Shown here: positions 1-10,808 of the stretch, piece after piece | Layout of the letters: every line of letters starts with the position of its first letter | Position numbering within the stretch: position 1 is the first letter of the stretch | From: an uncultured Verrucomicrobiae bacterium | GTDB lineage: Bacteria > Verrucomicrobiota > Verrucomicrobiia > Limisphaerales > JAFGQR01 | DNA: 64,000 nucleotides | Assembly (NCBI GenBank): GCA_963788655.1 | Contig: CAWBHS010000026.1 | Coordinates: 32,001-96,000, forward strand | Reading direction: 5' to 3' | Notes under the pieces: generated by a model | The model's database searches: none | Told to the model about the DNA's origin: nothing | What the model saw: the letters and a program-made list of their open reading frames with translations, nothing else | Translations under genes and position numbers: made by a program

Positions 1-762
1 AGGGGAAAGCAGAACGCTCGTGATGGGCTCCCGCGACATTTGGCTGATGGGATCAAAGAACCGCAGCGACTCGACTTCGTTGCCGAAGAATTCCAGCCGG
101 ACCGGCCAGGGACTGGTGGGCGGAAAAATGTCCAGGATGCCACCGCGCAAGGCGATTTCGCCTTTGTGGTTAACCTGCGCTTCCGGCTCGTAGCCCAAGT
201 CTTCCAGCCACTCGATCAAGTCGAGCGGATTGATTGGATCGCCGCGTTGCACGGTACGAATGCGCTGCCGCAATTGTTGCGGCGGGTAGGTGCGCTGGAG
301 CAACGCGGTCACGCTGGCCACCACGATGGGTGACGCGGAAATGTCCGAGCCCGAGGTCGCAACAGTCGCGACCGACGACAAGGCAGCCAGAGTTTCCAGG
401 CGCTCGCTAATGACGTCCACGTGCGGGAGTTTACCTTCGTGCGGCAGCACTTCCCAGGCGGGATAGAACAGGAGTTGTGAGCTCTGGTTTGCTGGCGGGG
501 AATCAGCGGTGTTTCCATTTTGGCTCGCTCCATACTTCAGCCACGTGGTGATGTCCTGATGATGACTCTCCTGCGTCTTCAAGCCCTCGGCCACCACGAT
601 GACCGGACGTTGGGGAAACAACCGATGCAAGAGCACCGCCAGGAAAGGTTGCGCACCCGCGCTGACGCCACCGCAGGGCAAAACACTCCCCTGCTCCAGT
701 CGCTGTGCCATCGCCTGCACGGTGGGAGTTTGCGCTGCCGCGGCGAACAAATCGTTTGCCAC
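1..762 (-). CDS. mfd: Transcription-repair coupling factor, N-terminal part (runs off the left edge)
   Basis: Not in the ORF track because it has no stop in the window. Manual translation from GTG at 762 gives an open frame with FYPAWEVLPHE..DVISERLETL and GEIALRGGILDIFPP..PVRLEFFGNEVESLRFFDP, the UvrB-homology module of Mfd. Confidence 0.9.
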   Translation of the reverse strand, partial: MANDLFAAAAQTPTVQAMAQRLEQGSVLPCGGVSAGAQPFLAVLLHRLFPQRPVIVVAEGLKTQESHHQDITTWLKYGASQNGNTADSPPANQSSQLLFYPAWEVLPHEGKLPHVDVISERLETLAALSSVATVATSGSDISASPIVVASVTALLQRTYPPQQLRQRIRTVQRGDPINPLDLIEWLEDLGYEPEAQVNHKGEIALRGGILDIFPPTSPWPVRLEFFGNEVESLRFFDPISQMSREPITSVLLSP

Positions 763-850
763 CGTCCTGGATTTCCTGGACGCCAAGTTCCCGCAACCTT
801 GCAGTCAGGGGCCAACTCGTCAAGAATGGGCTGCTGTCCTCCAGTGGTTC

Positions 851-1283
851 CAACGTGCTGCCGGCATCCTGCCGGCAGCACGTTGGAACGAAGGCTTCGA
901 ATCAATGACCAATGCTCAAAACCCAATGACCAGAGAATGCCCAATCCTCAAAATCCAGGGACCGGCTAATCGGCCGGCGGTCGTTTCGTCGTTTCACCTT
1001 GGTGCTTGGACCTTGGGCCTTCATTGGTCATTGGCCGTTGCTGATTAATCAAACGTAACGTCCTAAACTGTCGTTCCCGCCATTGCATTCGTCTGCCCGC
1101 AGGACGCCGGCAGCACGTTGGCCCAGCGTGCTGTCGGCATCCTGCCGGCAGTTTGGAACGGGCCATTCGAATGTTAAGTCCCTCGAGTATTTGGACGCAG
1201 CTCTTGCATCCGACTCTGCCGGCGGGACGCCAGCAGCACGTTGCTGAGAGTTATCCGGTCCGCCTCCTTACGTCGGCGGCTAC
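851..1283. repeat. Cluster of intergenic palindromic repeats
   Basis: AACGTGCTGCCGGCATCCTGCCGGCAGCACGTT at ~852-884 with variants at ~1092-1152 and ~1214-1242; AATGACC-type heptamers at ~904-960 with inverse at ~1000-1035; CCGCCTCCTTACGTCGGCGGCTAC at 1260-1283. Confidence 0.8.
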
Positions 1284-1304
1284 CACGAGTGTGAAAGGTG
1301 CGGG

Positions 1305-3404
1305 CTAAGCCGCCGGGTAGGTCTTGTAGTAGTCTTTGTAGCGGTAGTAATAATACTCGCCGGTGGAGGCGCGGACGGCGTTGAAGACCACGCCCAGCAC
1401 ATGAGCCTGGCGTTGATACAACAAGTCCAGCGCGGCGCGGGCCACGCGCGCCGAGGTGTGCTCCGCACGCACTACAAAGATCACTCCGTCCACGTGCGGT
1501 GCCAGACTGCTGACATCGTCCGCAGCCATAACGGGCGGTGAATCCACCAACACGTAATCGTAGGCGCCTGCTGCTTCTTTCAGGAGTTTTTCGGTCGCCT
1601 GGCTCAACAACAATTCGCTGGAGCCATACGTGCTTTCGCCCCGCGGGAGCAGCGACAAGTTGCTGACGGTGGAGCCTTTGACCGCTTCTTTCCAGGGCAG
1701 ATGTCCGGCCAGTACCTCGCTGAGCCCGGGCTGACTTTCGAGGTTAAACCGCGAGTGGAGGGTGCCTTTGCGCAAGTCGCCATCGACCAGCAAGACCCGG
1801 GAACCCGCCTGCGCCATGTTGATGGCCAGGTTGGCCGTGGTAATGGATTTGCCGTCGTTGGGAATGGAACTCGTGACCAGGAGGATCCGCGGACGCTGGC
1901 CATTTTCGGACCCAAACAACAGCGAGGACCGGAGGTTGCGGTAGGATTCGAGGAACGCATGGCGCGTGTCGGCCGGCTGAAGCAATGCCAGATCGCCGTT
2001 CTTGCCCAGGGATTTTTCCCGCGGGATTTGTCCCAGAATCGTTTCATCGAACAACTCCTGCATTTCGGTAAACGAACTCATACGGTCATCCAACCGATCG
2101 ACAAACAGGAGGATAACCAACCCCAGGATCAGGCCACCGGCTGCCGCCAGGGCGAGGCTGCGGACCAAACCGGGGCGATCGAGCATGGCCGGCGAGGCCG
2201 TTTCCATAATGGTCACGTTTTCCGGATTGATGCCTTTGTTGACGTCCAGCGTCTGCATGGTGGCCAGCAGGCGATCATAAAGCTTTTGCGTCCGCTCGTA
2301 GTTGGATTGGATGTTCTTGTATTCGGCCATTGCCTTACTGCTTTGCAGCGCCTTCTTCTCCCACTCCGTGATGTCCTTTTTCAGGTTCTCGATCTGGAGC
2401 GCAATCGATTTCTTTTTGCTGTCCAGTTGTTCCACGTTTTGCTCGCGATAAATCCCCAGCAACCGTTCACGGCGGGCGATGTCTTCACTCAGGGCGATCA
2501 TCTTGGGATGCTTGGGCCGCAGAAACTCACTCAACTCCTGTTGCTCCGCCTTGAGCATGAGGATTTGCTGTTTGGCTTTGAAATAATCCGCCGTCAAGCC
2601 CACGATGCTCGCCTTGCTGGCCAGGTCCTGCAGGAGACCTTCGTTCAACGGGGTGAGGCCTTCCTTTTGCTGCTCACGTTCCAGGTTTTGCTCGAGCGTC
2701 AAGGATTTCAACAGTTCGTATTCGGACTTGAGCGCTTCGACCTGGGCGTTGAGCAGGGCCAGACGGTTGCCGGCGCTGTTGCCTTGCTCCTGCAAAAAGA
2801 CGATGCTGTTGCTGCTTTGGAAATTCACGAGGTCCTGTTCGCCCTTGCGCAGGTTCCCTTCGATGCGACTGACGTCCTCGGTCAGGTTGGCCAGCGTGCT
2901 GTCGGAGGTCTGCTCGCGCATTTCCTTTTTCAGGTTGGTGTATTCCTCCATGCTGGCCTGCAGGAAAGCCCGGGCATAATCCGGATCGTCCGCGGTAACC
3001 CGCAGATTGAATATCGTGGTGCGGGGGGATACAGAAACTTTGAGATCCGGTTCCAAAGTCGCCCAATCTTGATTGCGGGCCAGGACGCGTTTTTGCGCGC
3101 GATTCAGGACCACGCTGCTTTGCATCAAAGCGGCCTGAGTGCCGAGGAAATTGCTGAGTTCCTCCGTGTACACCGAGCCTTCCGGAATCGAGAGCTTGAT
3201 GCTGACAATCATGCGCCCAACAGAAAAGAAAGAGGGGGGCGCGTAATAAAGGTAAGCACCTTCCCCCGCGAGAGCCACCAGCATGCACAGCGGCAAGACC
3301 CACCAACGTTTGCGCAAGAGGTTTTTATAACGGTTGAACCGGGCGAAAAATTGCGCCGTCCGGGTGGACCGGTCCGGGACGAAGGTGTTGGGTTGATCGG
3401 TCAT
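1305..3404 (-). CDS. wzc: Polysaccharide co-polymerase / tyrosine autokinase (Wzc/GumC family)
   Basis: Two TM segments flank a coiled-coil region; Walker A SSIPNDGKS, LLVDGDLRK, VLVDSPP; C-terminal tyrosine cluster EYYYYRYKDYY. Confidence 0.92.
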   Translation of the reverse strand: MTDQPNTFVPDRSTRTAQFFARFNRYKNLLRKRWWVLPLCMLVALAGEGAYLYYAPPSFFSVGRMIVSIKLSIPEGSVYTEELSNFLGTQAALMQSSVVLNRAQKRVLARNQDWATLEPDLKVSVSPRTTIFNLRVTADDPDYARAFLQASMEEYTNLKKEMREQTSDSTLANLTEDVSRIEGNLRKGEQDLVNFQSSNSIVFLQEQGNSAGNRLALLNAQVEALKSEYELLKSLTLEQNLEREQQKEGLTPLNEGLLQDLASKASIVGLTADYFKAKQQILMLKAEQQELSEFLRPKHPKMIALSEDIARRERLLGIYREQNVEQLDSKKKSIALQIENLKKDITEWEKKALQSSKAMAEYKNIQSNYERTQKLYDRLLATMQTLDVNKGINPENVTIMETASPAMLDRPGLVRSLALAAAGGLILGLVILLFVDRLDDRMSSFTEMQELFDETILGQIPREKSLGKNGDLALLQPADTRHAFLESYRNLRSSLLFGSENGQRPRILLVTSSIPNDGKSITTANLAINMAQAGSRVLLVDGDLRKGTLHSRFNLESQPGLSEVLAGHLPWKEAVKGSTVSNLSLLPRGESTYGSSELLLSQATEKLLKEAAGAYDYVLVDSPPVMAADDVSSLAPHVDGVIFVVRAEHTSARVARAALDLLYQRQAHVLGVVFNAVRASTGEYYYYRYKDYYKTYPAA

Positions 3405-3409
3405 GGGTC

Positions 3410-4117
3410 TTACAAGTTGAAGATTCGTGCCGGCACGATAATAAAGTCATCCGGCTCCAACACCACGTCCTGCTCGATTTTCCCCTCTTCAAGAATTTCT
3501 TGCATGTTCAATTCAAAGATGTGTTTGGTCTCGGCCTTCGAGTCCGGATTGCGGATCAATTTCACCTTCTTCTTGTTGGCGAAATCACCGAAGCCTCCCG
3601 CGCGCAGGATAGCTTTGCCCGCCGTGAGATGTTCGTTCACCATTAACTCAATCGCCCCTTGATTCCGCACCTGCCCCCAGACATAAACCCGCCCCAGGAT
3701 TTTGTTGGCCTGATCGAGCGAGATGATCACCGTGGCGCGGTAATAATACTCCTTCTCAAGCTGGGCTTTGATTTCGTCCGCCAACTGTTTGCACGTCTTG
3801 TCGGCGGCGGCAACGCGTCCCAAATACGGAATGTCCAACTCACCTGAATCCGTCACCACCAGGCTTCGGGGCAACTCACGATCCTCGATAATCTGGAAGC
3901 TGATGCGGTCCCCTACCCGCAGCTTGTATTTGTCATCCGGCACGTAACCGCTCGGGGTGGTGGGTACCGTTAACGAGGGCAGGCCGAGGTAATTGGTTGG
4001 GCTGTAAACCACACCCGCGCTGGGATTTTGCGCGTAACCAACTCCCGTCCCCACCAGGGTAACGGCCAGGCCTGCGAGTAGAATCATCATCCGACGCATA
4101 GATAAGTTCATGATCAT
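3410..4117 (-). CDS. Polysaccharide export protein (short OPX/Wza family, Poly_export + SLBB)
   Basis: Signal peptide; YKLRVGDRISFQI..V.DSGELDIPYLGRV.AA.KT motif; VYVWGQVRNQG..AILRAGGF SLBB motif; ends LEPDDFIIVP. Confidence 0.88.
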   Translation of the reverse strand: MIMNLSMRRMMILLAGLAVTLVGTGVGYAQNPSAGVVYSPTNYLGLPSLTVPTTPSGYVPDDKYKLRVGDRISFQIIEDRELPRSLVVTDSGELDIPYLGRVAAADKTCKQLADEIKAQLEKEYYYRATVIISLDQANKILGRVYVWGQVRNQGAIELMVNEHLTAGKAILRAGGFGDFANKKKVKLIRNPDSKAETKHIFELNMQEILEEGKIEQDVVLEPDDFIIVPARIFNL

Positions 4118-5433
4118 CAGAAATTGTAGCCAAAGTTCAAGGAAACACTATTGACCATATAATCGCGAAGATTCGTTTGCGAATCCTTCCAATAAAACTG
4201 GTAGCCCAAACTGGCGGACAATTTGTCCGTGAGCATCCGGCCCATCGACAATCCGGCTCCCAGCCGATAGAACGTTTCCGACCCCGACCCCGACTCGGTG
4301 CCGTACTCGAAAGCCAACGGTGTCGAAATCCGGGTGTCCCGCACCCAATTCCAATTCATATTCAAGCGAATAAAGGTCAAATCCAAGTTCCGCAAACTGG
4401 TGCCGTACTGCAACCCCAGTTGGATGCTGCGCCCGGCGCTCAGTGAATAATTCAAAATCCGGTTCAAGCGGTGATCCAGCACCAATTGACCATAAACCGC
4501 ACCCGAATTCCCCACATCCGGCGCCATTGTGGTCGGCGACTGGACGTAAAGCGTATAACCGGCCATCGCCTTTACCTGCATATATCGGCTGATTTGTCCG
4601 CCATAAAAGAGCCCGACACTGTATTGCACCCCGTCAGTGAGGATCTCATTGGCGTAATTGACCAGTGTCGACCCGAATTCCACCCCACCCGAAGTGGTCG
4701 AGCTCAGCCGCAAACCGCCACGCGCAAAGAACATTTCCGACTGTCCATCGGAAAACTGGTAGGTCGAATTGAGCGATACATAGTCCGCGTGATCATAACC
4801 GAAGGACACCAGGATCTTGTTAAGGTCCCAATTTCCAGTGAAGCCCACCACGTTTTCGAGCCGTTGATAATCACCACGGCCGCTGACGGTGGGCACCTCA
4901 TAAACACTCATGGGAATGCTGAACCGGTCATGGATGTTGAACAAAAAGTCACCCACGTAAAGGTCGAAGGCGATTTCCGAACCGGGCCGGATAAACAATC
5001 GATCCAGGTCGGAATGGCTCAAATACTTCGAATATCCCAGACCAATGGCGAGGTTCAATCGGTTGTTTTCCGTTACCGGCCACAATATCCGCGTGGTGAG
5101 TTGCGGACGAAGAATTAAGTCGCTCTCCGCATTATCGCTACGGTAGCGGACGTTGTCATTGTATGTGACGCCCATTCCACCTTGAAATCGCAAGCCCACC
5201 GGGCCGAGCTTCAAATTGTAGTAGCCAATGGACGAATTGGCTCGCCTGCGGGCTTCAGCGGCGTCTCGGCCGGTAGCCGACATTCGAATGGCCTCCTGCC
5301 CGCCGGACACGCCGGCCCAAAACAGGCACAGCAGAACCCCCCCCGCTTTTAAGGAGGACGCCCTTCCGGCCAGCCAACTGCCCGCACACTGGCGCAATAC
5401 AGTCAAAGCATCAGGCAAAACTCTGAAAAACAC
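4117..5433 (-). CDS. Outer-membrane beta-barrel protein associated with polysaccharide export
   Basis: Alternating amphipathic strands, YNDNV motif, C-terminal VSLNFGYNF (terminal Phe); first gene of the barrel-OPX-wzc operon. Start codon uncertain. Confidence 0.75.
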   Translation of the reverse strand: MFFRVLPDALTVLRQCAGSWLAGRASSLKAGGVLLCLFWAGVSGGQEAIRMSATGRDAAEARRRANSSIGYYNLKLGPVGLRFQGGMGVTYNDNVRYRSDNAESDLILRPQLTTRILWPVTENNRLNLAIGLGYSKYLSHSDLDRLFIRPGSEIAFDLYVGDFLFNIHDRFSIPMSVYEVPTVSGRGDYQRLENVVGFTGNWDLNKILVSFGYDHADYVSLNSTYQFSDGQSEMFFARGGLRLSSTTSGGVEFGSTLVNYANEILTDGVQYSVGLFYGGQISRYMQVKAMAGYTLYVQSPTTMAPDVGNSGAVYGQLVLDHRLNRILNYSLSAGRSIQLGLQYGTSLRNLDLTFIRLNMNWNWVRDTRISTPLAFEYGTESGSGSETFYRLGAGLSMGRMLTDKLSASLGYQFYWKDSQTNLRDYMVNSVSLNFGYNF

Positions 5434-5529
5434 GTGTCAATACTCAACGGCAGCGAAGCCGCCAATGCAATCCTCTTCGGGAAATGTAACGCGAAAGGGC
5501 CATTATTTGCCGGGCCGCGAGCGAAGGAA

Positions 5530-5606
5530 TGGCGGGAGTGGCGGGGCTCGAACCCGTAACCTCTGCCGTGACAGGGCAGCGCTCTAACCAATTGAGCTAC
5601 GCCCCC
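5530..5606 (-). tRNA. tRNA-Asp(GTC)
   Basis: GGGGGCGTAGCTCAATTGGTTAGAGCGCTGCCCTGTCACGGCAGAGGTTACGGGTTCGAGCCCCGCCACTCCCGCCA: cloverleaf, GTC anticodon, encoded CCA. Confidence 0.93.
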
Positions 5607-5624
5607 GCTCAGTGCGGGAGGCAA

Positions 5625-5653
5625 AAAATAGTGGATGCCCCCACCCGCGTCAA
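5625..5653 (-). promoter_or_regulatory. Sigma70-type promoter of tRNA-Asp
   Basis: TTGACG-17 nt-TATTTT just upstream of the tRNA on the minus strand. Confidence 0.55.
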
Positions 5654-6068
5654 CGCCGAATTGAAAAAGGTGCGAGTTTGTGGGCACCCGCAACTTGCTG
5701 CGGCGTCGATCCGCTGACTTCATTCTCAGGGCTGACGGGCGGAACATACGATCCATCGATCACGTTTATCGCAAACGCATTGTCCGAGCGTGCAAGCTGG
5801 ATTCATTCCATCTAAGCTCTGGCGGTCGCCCAACGGATCGGTTAATCTCGCCCTGGAGTTGGCCCGGAGCGGAGGCTGGCTAACACTACAGCGACAGTTC
5901 CGGCAAATCGCAGCAGGAGCGCGGCGTTTACGCCGCTTCACGGTGCTATCCCATAAGCCGCTGGTTGGTCTTGGGTGCTTGAAGCGGCCTAAAGGCTGCG
6001 CGCCTATCTGTGAAAGTGTCGTTGGAGTGCTAACACGGAGTTCGCACGACGGGAGACGGCCGACAAAC

Positions 6069-6395
6069 ATGAGTATTCTCAAACAAGCCAAAACGTGGGC
6101 TGCCCAGACGGCCGCCCGGAAATATCTCAACCGTTATTATTCCGATGTGGGGGTAATGACCAAATTGGAGATCGATCCGGAACAAAAAACGATTCTGGTG
6201 GAAGCGCAACTCAACGGAGAATCCCAACCTGTGTCCATCCGGGTGAATCGTTACCGGGTCATCCAAACCGGCGGCAAAGCTTACCTCGAAGTGGCCGATG
6301 CGCTGATTTCCCGGGATTGGATGAACGCGCTGTTCCAGCGGACCGTCAAAGGGCGGCGCTTTGAAGTGCCGGAGTTGGTCCGGCTGGTTTTGTAA
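6069..6395 (+). CDS. Hypothetical protein (108 aa)
   Basis: ATG at 6069 (MSILKQAK...), protein-like composition; the longer upstream extension in the ORF track looks non-coding. Confidence 0.65.
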   Translation: MSILKQAKTWAAQTAARKYLNRYYSDVGVMTKLEIDPEQKTILVEAQLNGESQPVSIRVNRYRVIQTGGKAYLEVADALISRDWMNALFQRTVKGRRFEVPELVRLVL

Positions 6396-6446
6396 GCAAT
6401 GGCATTGGCCTCCCGGGCCAGAAATCGTCTATTCGGCCACGCCCGT

Positions 6447-7089
6447 TCAATGCTCGAAGCTCATTTTCTCCGGGCGGACGGTCTCGGGCTTCACCATAAA
6501 TTCCACATTTCGGGTGGTCTGCAAAGCGTTGGTGATGTCCACCGTTTTCGTCCCAACGGGAATGGATTTCACGAAAACTTCGTAATATGAACCGGACCAA
6601 CTGCGGCTCAGCACTTCGAGCGGGATGCCGTCATTGCCCACGATTTCCACGAAATCGAAGGATTTTCCCTCGGCTATCTTCGCATACTCGACCCGAATCC
6701 ACGACGCGTCGCTGCTGCTCCACGAACCGCCGGTGATGTCCGGCTTCCGCGCAAACTCCGTCAAACTGATTTCCACCCCGCCGACGCGGTTGGTGATCGT
6801 CAGGAAATTGGTCTGGCCTATGGCTGGCACCGGCACGTTGTTAAAGGTAACCAGTTCTTCCGGTGCGAATCCCCGCGTGCGCCGCAATTCCAACGTCAGC
6901 CGCCAGGCAGGCCGGTCCCACCGAATGATTGGTGCCGTAGGTTGCCGTCACGAACTGATACTGCATGCCATTGGGCAACGTGATGGTCGGCAACGTTGCT
7001 GATCGCGTCCGTCGCCACCAAAGCCCGGCTGCCAAAACGGCGGCCAGCAAGATTGCGATCCCCAACCAGATTCTTCCGCGTTTCATCAC
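6447..7089 (-). CDS. Hypothetical membrane-anchored/exported protein split across two frames
   Basis: 6841-7089 has an N-terminal hydrophobic anchor (RIWLGIAILLAAVLAAGLWW); 6447-6893 continues with beta-rich sequence; the frames switch near 6900. Confidence 0.5.
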
Positions 7090-7111
7090 TTCTTAACCTG
7101 CCAGTTGCGAT

Positions 7112-7258
7112 GGGGAGTGCGCCCGCCTCGGGCGCTGTGGTTGGCGCCTCGCCAACCTCTCCAGAAGCCACGAACTGTTCACTAATCAGTGACTTCTCAG
7201 ACGCCGGTCCAACCGGCTAGGGCGCCCGTTGGCAGCGTCCGGAGCAGGCGCGCTCCCC
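7112..7258. repeat. MITE/REPIN-like element with terminal inverted arms
   Basis: GGGGAGTGCGCCCGCCTCGGGCGC...GCAGGCGCGCTCCCC; both arms match the element at 63700-63992 in inverted orientation. Confidence 0.75.
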
Positions 7259-7295
7259 AGGTTCATTTGCATAGTCACGGTTTGGCCTGCTTTCC

Positions 7296-8771
7296 TCAAC
7301 GCACCGCAGCGTCGTGGACGGTCAGTTCGCCGAGTTTATACCGCCGTTGCCCATCACTTTCTGGCAGCGGCAAGGCAATCAACGGGGTGCCATCGCGGCG
7401 GCCCACGGACACATACACGTCGTATGTTCCGGGCTTGGTAGCCGGCGCAAACGTGCCGCGCGGATCCAAGTGGCGAAATCCGACAATCAACGTGGATTTG
7501 AGCTTGCGACTGGAGGCCTGACCTGGCGCTGCGACTTTGAGTTCGCGCACGTTGAAAGATTCATCCACGTGGACGGACACGATTCCGCCCTGGTCGTCTT
7601 TCAGCGTAAAGGTCCAAAAGCCTCCATGGTAGCACGGGGCCACGCCGGCATTCGCCCATTCGGTTTCCACGTCGAAGAGCTGGCTCAACGCCACCTGCTC
7701 CGGCCAACTGATCGCGCGGAGTTGCAACCGATAGCCCAGGCGCCGGTTGATACGGTCGATGGTTTCGCGGTTTTCGTTCAACTCCACCCGCGGCCACCAG
7801 TGAATGGACATGTAACTGGCATGATAATCTTCCACGGACTTCAACAGCAGGTCGCCGCTCCAGGCGCCCCGTTGCTTCGACGAACCGTAATGCTCGTGTT
7901 CAAGAATGACCGGGAGCGTGGGCCAGAATTCCTGGGCCATCTCCGCGTGATACCACGAGTGCGGCGGCGGTTGTACCAGGATGCTGTCATCGCGCATCGT
8001 GACGCCGTGGGCCAGGGCATAGTCCATCGCGGGAAAATGGCGGCCCGGTTTGCTGCTGCCGGCTACATCGTCGCTGATGCACAGTTGCGTCCGCTGGAAA
8101 TGTTTCAGGTGCAGGTCAATGTGCTTTTTAACGACGGCCAGGGTTTGTTCCTCGTTCAACCGGCTGCTGAAGCCCGTGTGGCCTTCGCCCCACATGCCGA
8201 ACGAGCCAATGTCGATGAATGCCACGTTGGGATTGCCATCATACCGGCGGGCCAGCGCGGCCAGGAAATGATCCAGTTTTTCAAGAAACACCGGGTCCAG
8301 ATAGTCCGGATCCCACAGGGCGCCGCCGACTCGCGGCCCTTTGCCGAAGTCGAACTCGATCCCTTTGGCCCCGGCGTCCTGCACCCATTTGGGAGTGGCG
8401 TAGCGCATCCAACTTTCCGAGCAGCTCACCCGAATGGCAATTTGTTTGCCTTGATCGATCCAGCGCTGGGCCGGGGTGTCAAACAGCGACCAATTGAACT
8501 GGCCTTCCTTCGGTTCCAGAAACGACCACGGCACCCGCAGATAAATCGCCGACAGCCCCGGCCAATCTTCGAGCGTGTCCGATGGCGCCAGGCGGGAGCC
8601 GTAGTTCTTGATGATGTTCGAGTAAAAGTGGAAGGTCCACCCCATGCCTGGATTGACCAGCGCCTCGCCGGTGTCCTCGGGATGAACAACGACTCGCTTT
8701 TCAGCGCCGGATCCAGTTGAGCCCAAAACCAACCAAACAGCGGGCAGCAGAAATAACGAAATGGCTTTCAT
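7296..8771 (-). CDS. Secreted glycoside-hydrolase-like protein (TIM barrel + DUF4832-like C-terminal domain)
   Basis: Signal peptide from ATG 8771; NPGMGW, YLRVPWSFLEPKEGQFNW, RYDGNPNVAFIDIGSFGMWGEGH, LGYRL, NAGVAP motifs. Confidence 0.65.
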   Translation of the reverse strand: MKAISLFLLPAVWLVLGSTGSGAEKRVVVHPEDTGEALVNPGMGWTFHFYSNIIKNYGSRLAPSDTLEDWPGLSAIYLRVPWSFLEPKEGQFNWSLFDTPAQRWIDQGKQIAIRVSCSESWMRYATPKWVQDAGAKGIEFDFGKGPRVGGALWDPDYLDPVFLEKLDHFLAALARRYDGNPNVAFIDIGSFGMWGEGHTGFSSRLNEEQTLAVVKKHIDLHLKHFQRTQLCISDDVAGSSKPGRHFPAMDYALAHGVTMRDDSILVQPPPHSWYHAEMAQEFWPTLPVILEHEHYGSSKQRGAWSGDLLLKSVEDYHASYMSIHWWPRVELNENRETIDRINRRLGYRLQLRAISWPEQVALSQLFDVETEWANAGVAPCYHGGFWTFTLKDDQGGIVSVHVDESFNVRELKVAAPGQASSRKLKSTLIVGFRHLDPRGTFAPATKPGTYDVYVSVGRRDGTPLIALPLPESDGQRRYKLGELTVHDAAVR

Positions 8772-9044
8772 GAGGCGGCACGATAGGGCAAGTCGCGGAT
8801 CAGCGACAAATCTTTTCCCCGAGGTCAAGCCTCTCGCCAGAATTCCAAGTGGCGGAGGATTTCAAATTCATCCAAATCGAGCCCTGGACCAAGCCGCTGG
8901 CCGAGCTCGAAGTGCGGCCTCAGGGCGAACATACGCGAAGTCTGGTGCTGGCGCGAGTGCCCAAAGAATTGGAAGGCAAGAAAGTCACCATCAGCGTTGC
9001 CTTTGACTTGGACCCGCTAACCCCTGTCTGCAAACCAGTCGAAG

Positions 9045-9557
<513 letters not shown>

Positions 9558-9870
9558 TCAATTCAGTCATGAATGGACAGCGCACCAACGTTCTTGAAGC
9601 GCTGAAGAGTTGAAGGGGTGAAGCGGCGGACAATTTGCGCGGCCTGCGTAAGCGGCGAGAAGTAGTGGTGCGTGTAAACACCAACGCCGACCGGCAATGC
9701 GCTGGCGAGCTGGGTGAAGACGAGCAGTCACCGAGCGGCGACTTTCGCAGTAATTCACCACCGGCTCTTCTCGCCCAGCTATTGGTGTTCATGAGTTTCT
9801 TTGTGTCGAATTTCTGTGCGTCGAAGTCTGGTCGGCTCTTAAACCGCGAAGACTTCGAACGGAGTTATCT

Positions 9871-9941
9871 AACCGCAAAGACACGAAGAGCGCAAAGAGT
9901 TGCTGCAATTCCGCTGCTTTGCGCGCTTCGTGCCTTTGCGG
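9871..9941. repeat. Inverted-repeat pair (REP-like)
   Basis: AACCGCAAAGACACGAAGAGCGCAAAG ... CTTTGCGCGCTTCGTGCCTTTGCGGT. Confidence 0.65.
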
Positions 9942-10127
9942 TGAAATTAGGCCATTCGCCCACAGCCGTAACCTTCGAAGTCGATCATTGCGTCGCTTGG
10001 GTTGCGGCTCGTTGCAATCATCGAAATTCTTCGCAAGCTGCATCCATTTTCGACCGCTTCAATCCTTCAATGAATCAGCCGCAGTCTTGCCCTACCAGGA
10101 TTTGGTTGCCGCACTGCCGCGCTGGAT

Positions 10128-10637
10128 TCATTCATGGTTCATACGGCTGAGTGCCTCTTCGATGACCCAATCATTGCGGCCGTCAGGATGGCAATGGCAA
10201 TGCGCGGAGAAAAAGCCGCCCCGACAGCGCCAGAACAACGGCCAGATTTGTTCGCGATCGGTTTGCGGCAGCGTCAAGTCTTCCAATTCACTGGTCGGGA
10301 AAAAATGAAAATTACCCTCCCGATGCGGCGGCGGGAGCGTGTGCAGGCGTGGCTTGACTTCGAAGAGAAACATCAACCAGTGGGCCTGGCCTTCGTAGCC
10401 GTGTTCGCTGATGAGCCCGGTCAGGTGCAAATCGTTCGTGGCGAGCGAGAGGCCCAATTCCTCGTGGGCTTCCCGGCAGGCGCAAGCGTACGGCGACTCG
10501 CCGGTGTCGGTGTTCAATTTGCCGCCGCACGGACTCCAGAGTCCGCGGTTTGGTTCCTGGGCACGTTCCAGCAGCAGCACTTCGTCGCGCGCGTTGAAAC
10601 AATAAAGCAGCGTCGATATTTTGTAGGGCAACGCCAT
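10128..10637 (-). CDS. NUDIX hydrolase (MutT-like)
   Basis: From ATG 10637 (MALPYKISTL); Nudix box GGKLNTDTGESPYACACREAHEELGL. Confidence 0.88.
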   Translation of the reverse strand: MALPYKISTLLYCFNARDEVLLLERAQEPNRGLWSPCGGKLNTDTGESPYACACREAHEELGLSLATNDLHLTGLISEHGYEGQAHWLMFLFEVKPRLHTLPPPHREGNFHFFPTSELEDLTLPQTDREQIWPLFWRCRGGFFSAHCHCHPDGRNDWVIEEALSRMNHE

Positions 10638-10808
10638 GCGGGGAGTGAAGCAGGAGCACCGGCCGAATTCAATGCGAGCTTGGCGTTTGCGTTTTTCCAG
10701 ACGTTGGGTTGCTTGCGGCGACGAAAGCAGGCAGATTTCCTTCAGTCGCAAGCCACGTTCGATCAAGCGGCTGATGATGAACAACAAATCGCAAGAGAAA
10801 GTGACTGT

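Noticed and set aside
851..1283. Repeat cluster as a possible CRISPR array
   Set aside because: The units are palindromic, vary in orientation and family, lack regular spacers, recur singly elsewhere, and no cas genes are present.
1701..3662. Long + strand ORF of 653 aa, and similar antisense ORFs (7314-8720, 13355-14683, 18059-19276, 33822-34973)
   Set aside because: Shadow frames opposite well-supported genes, as expected in high-GC DNA; no recognisable motifs.
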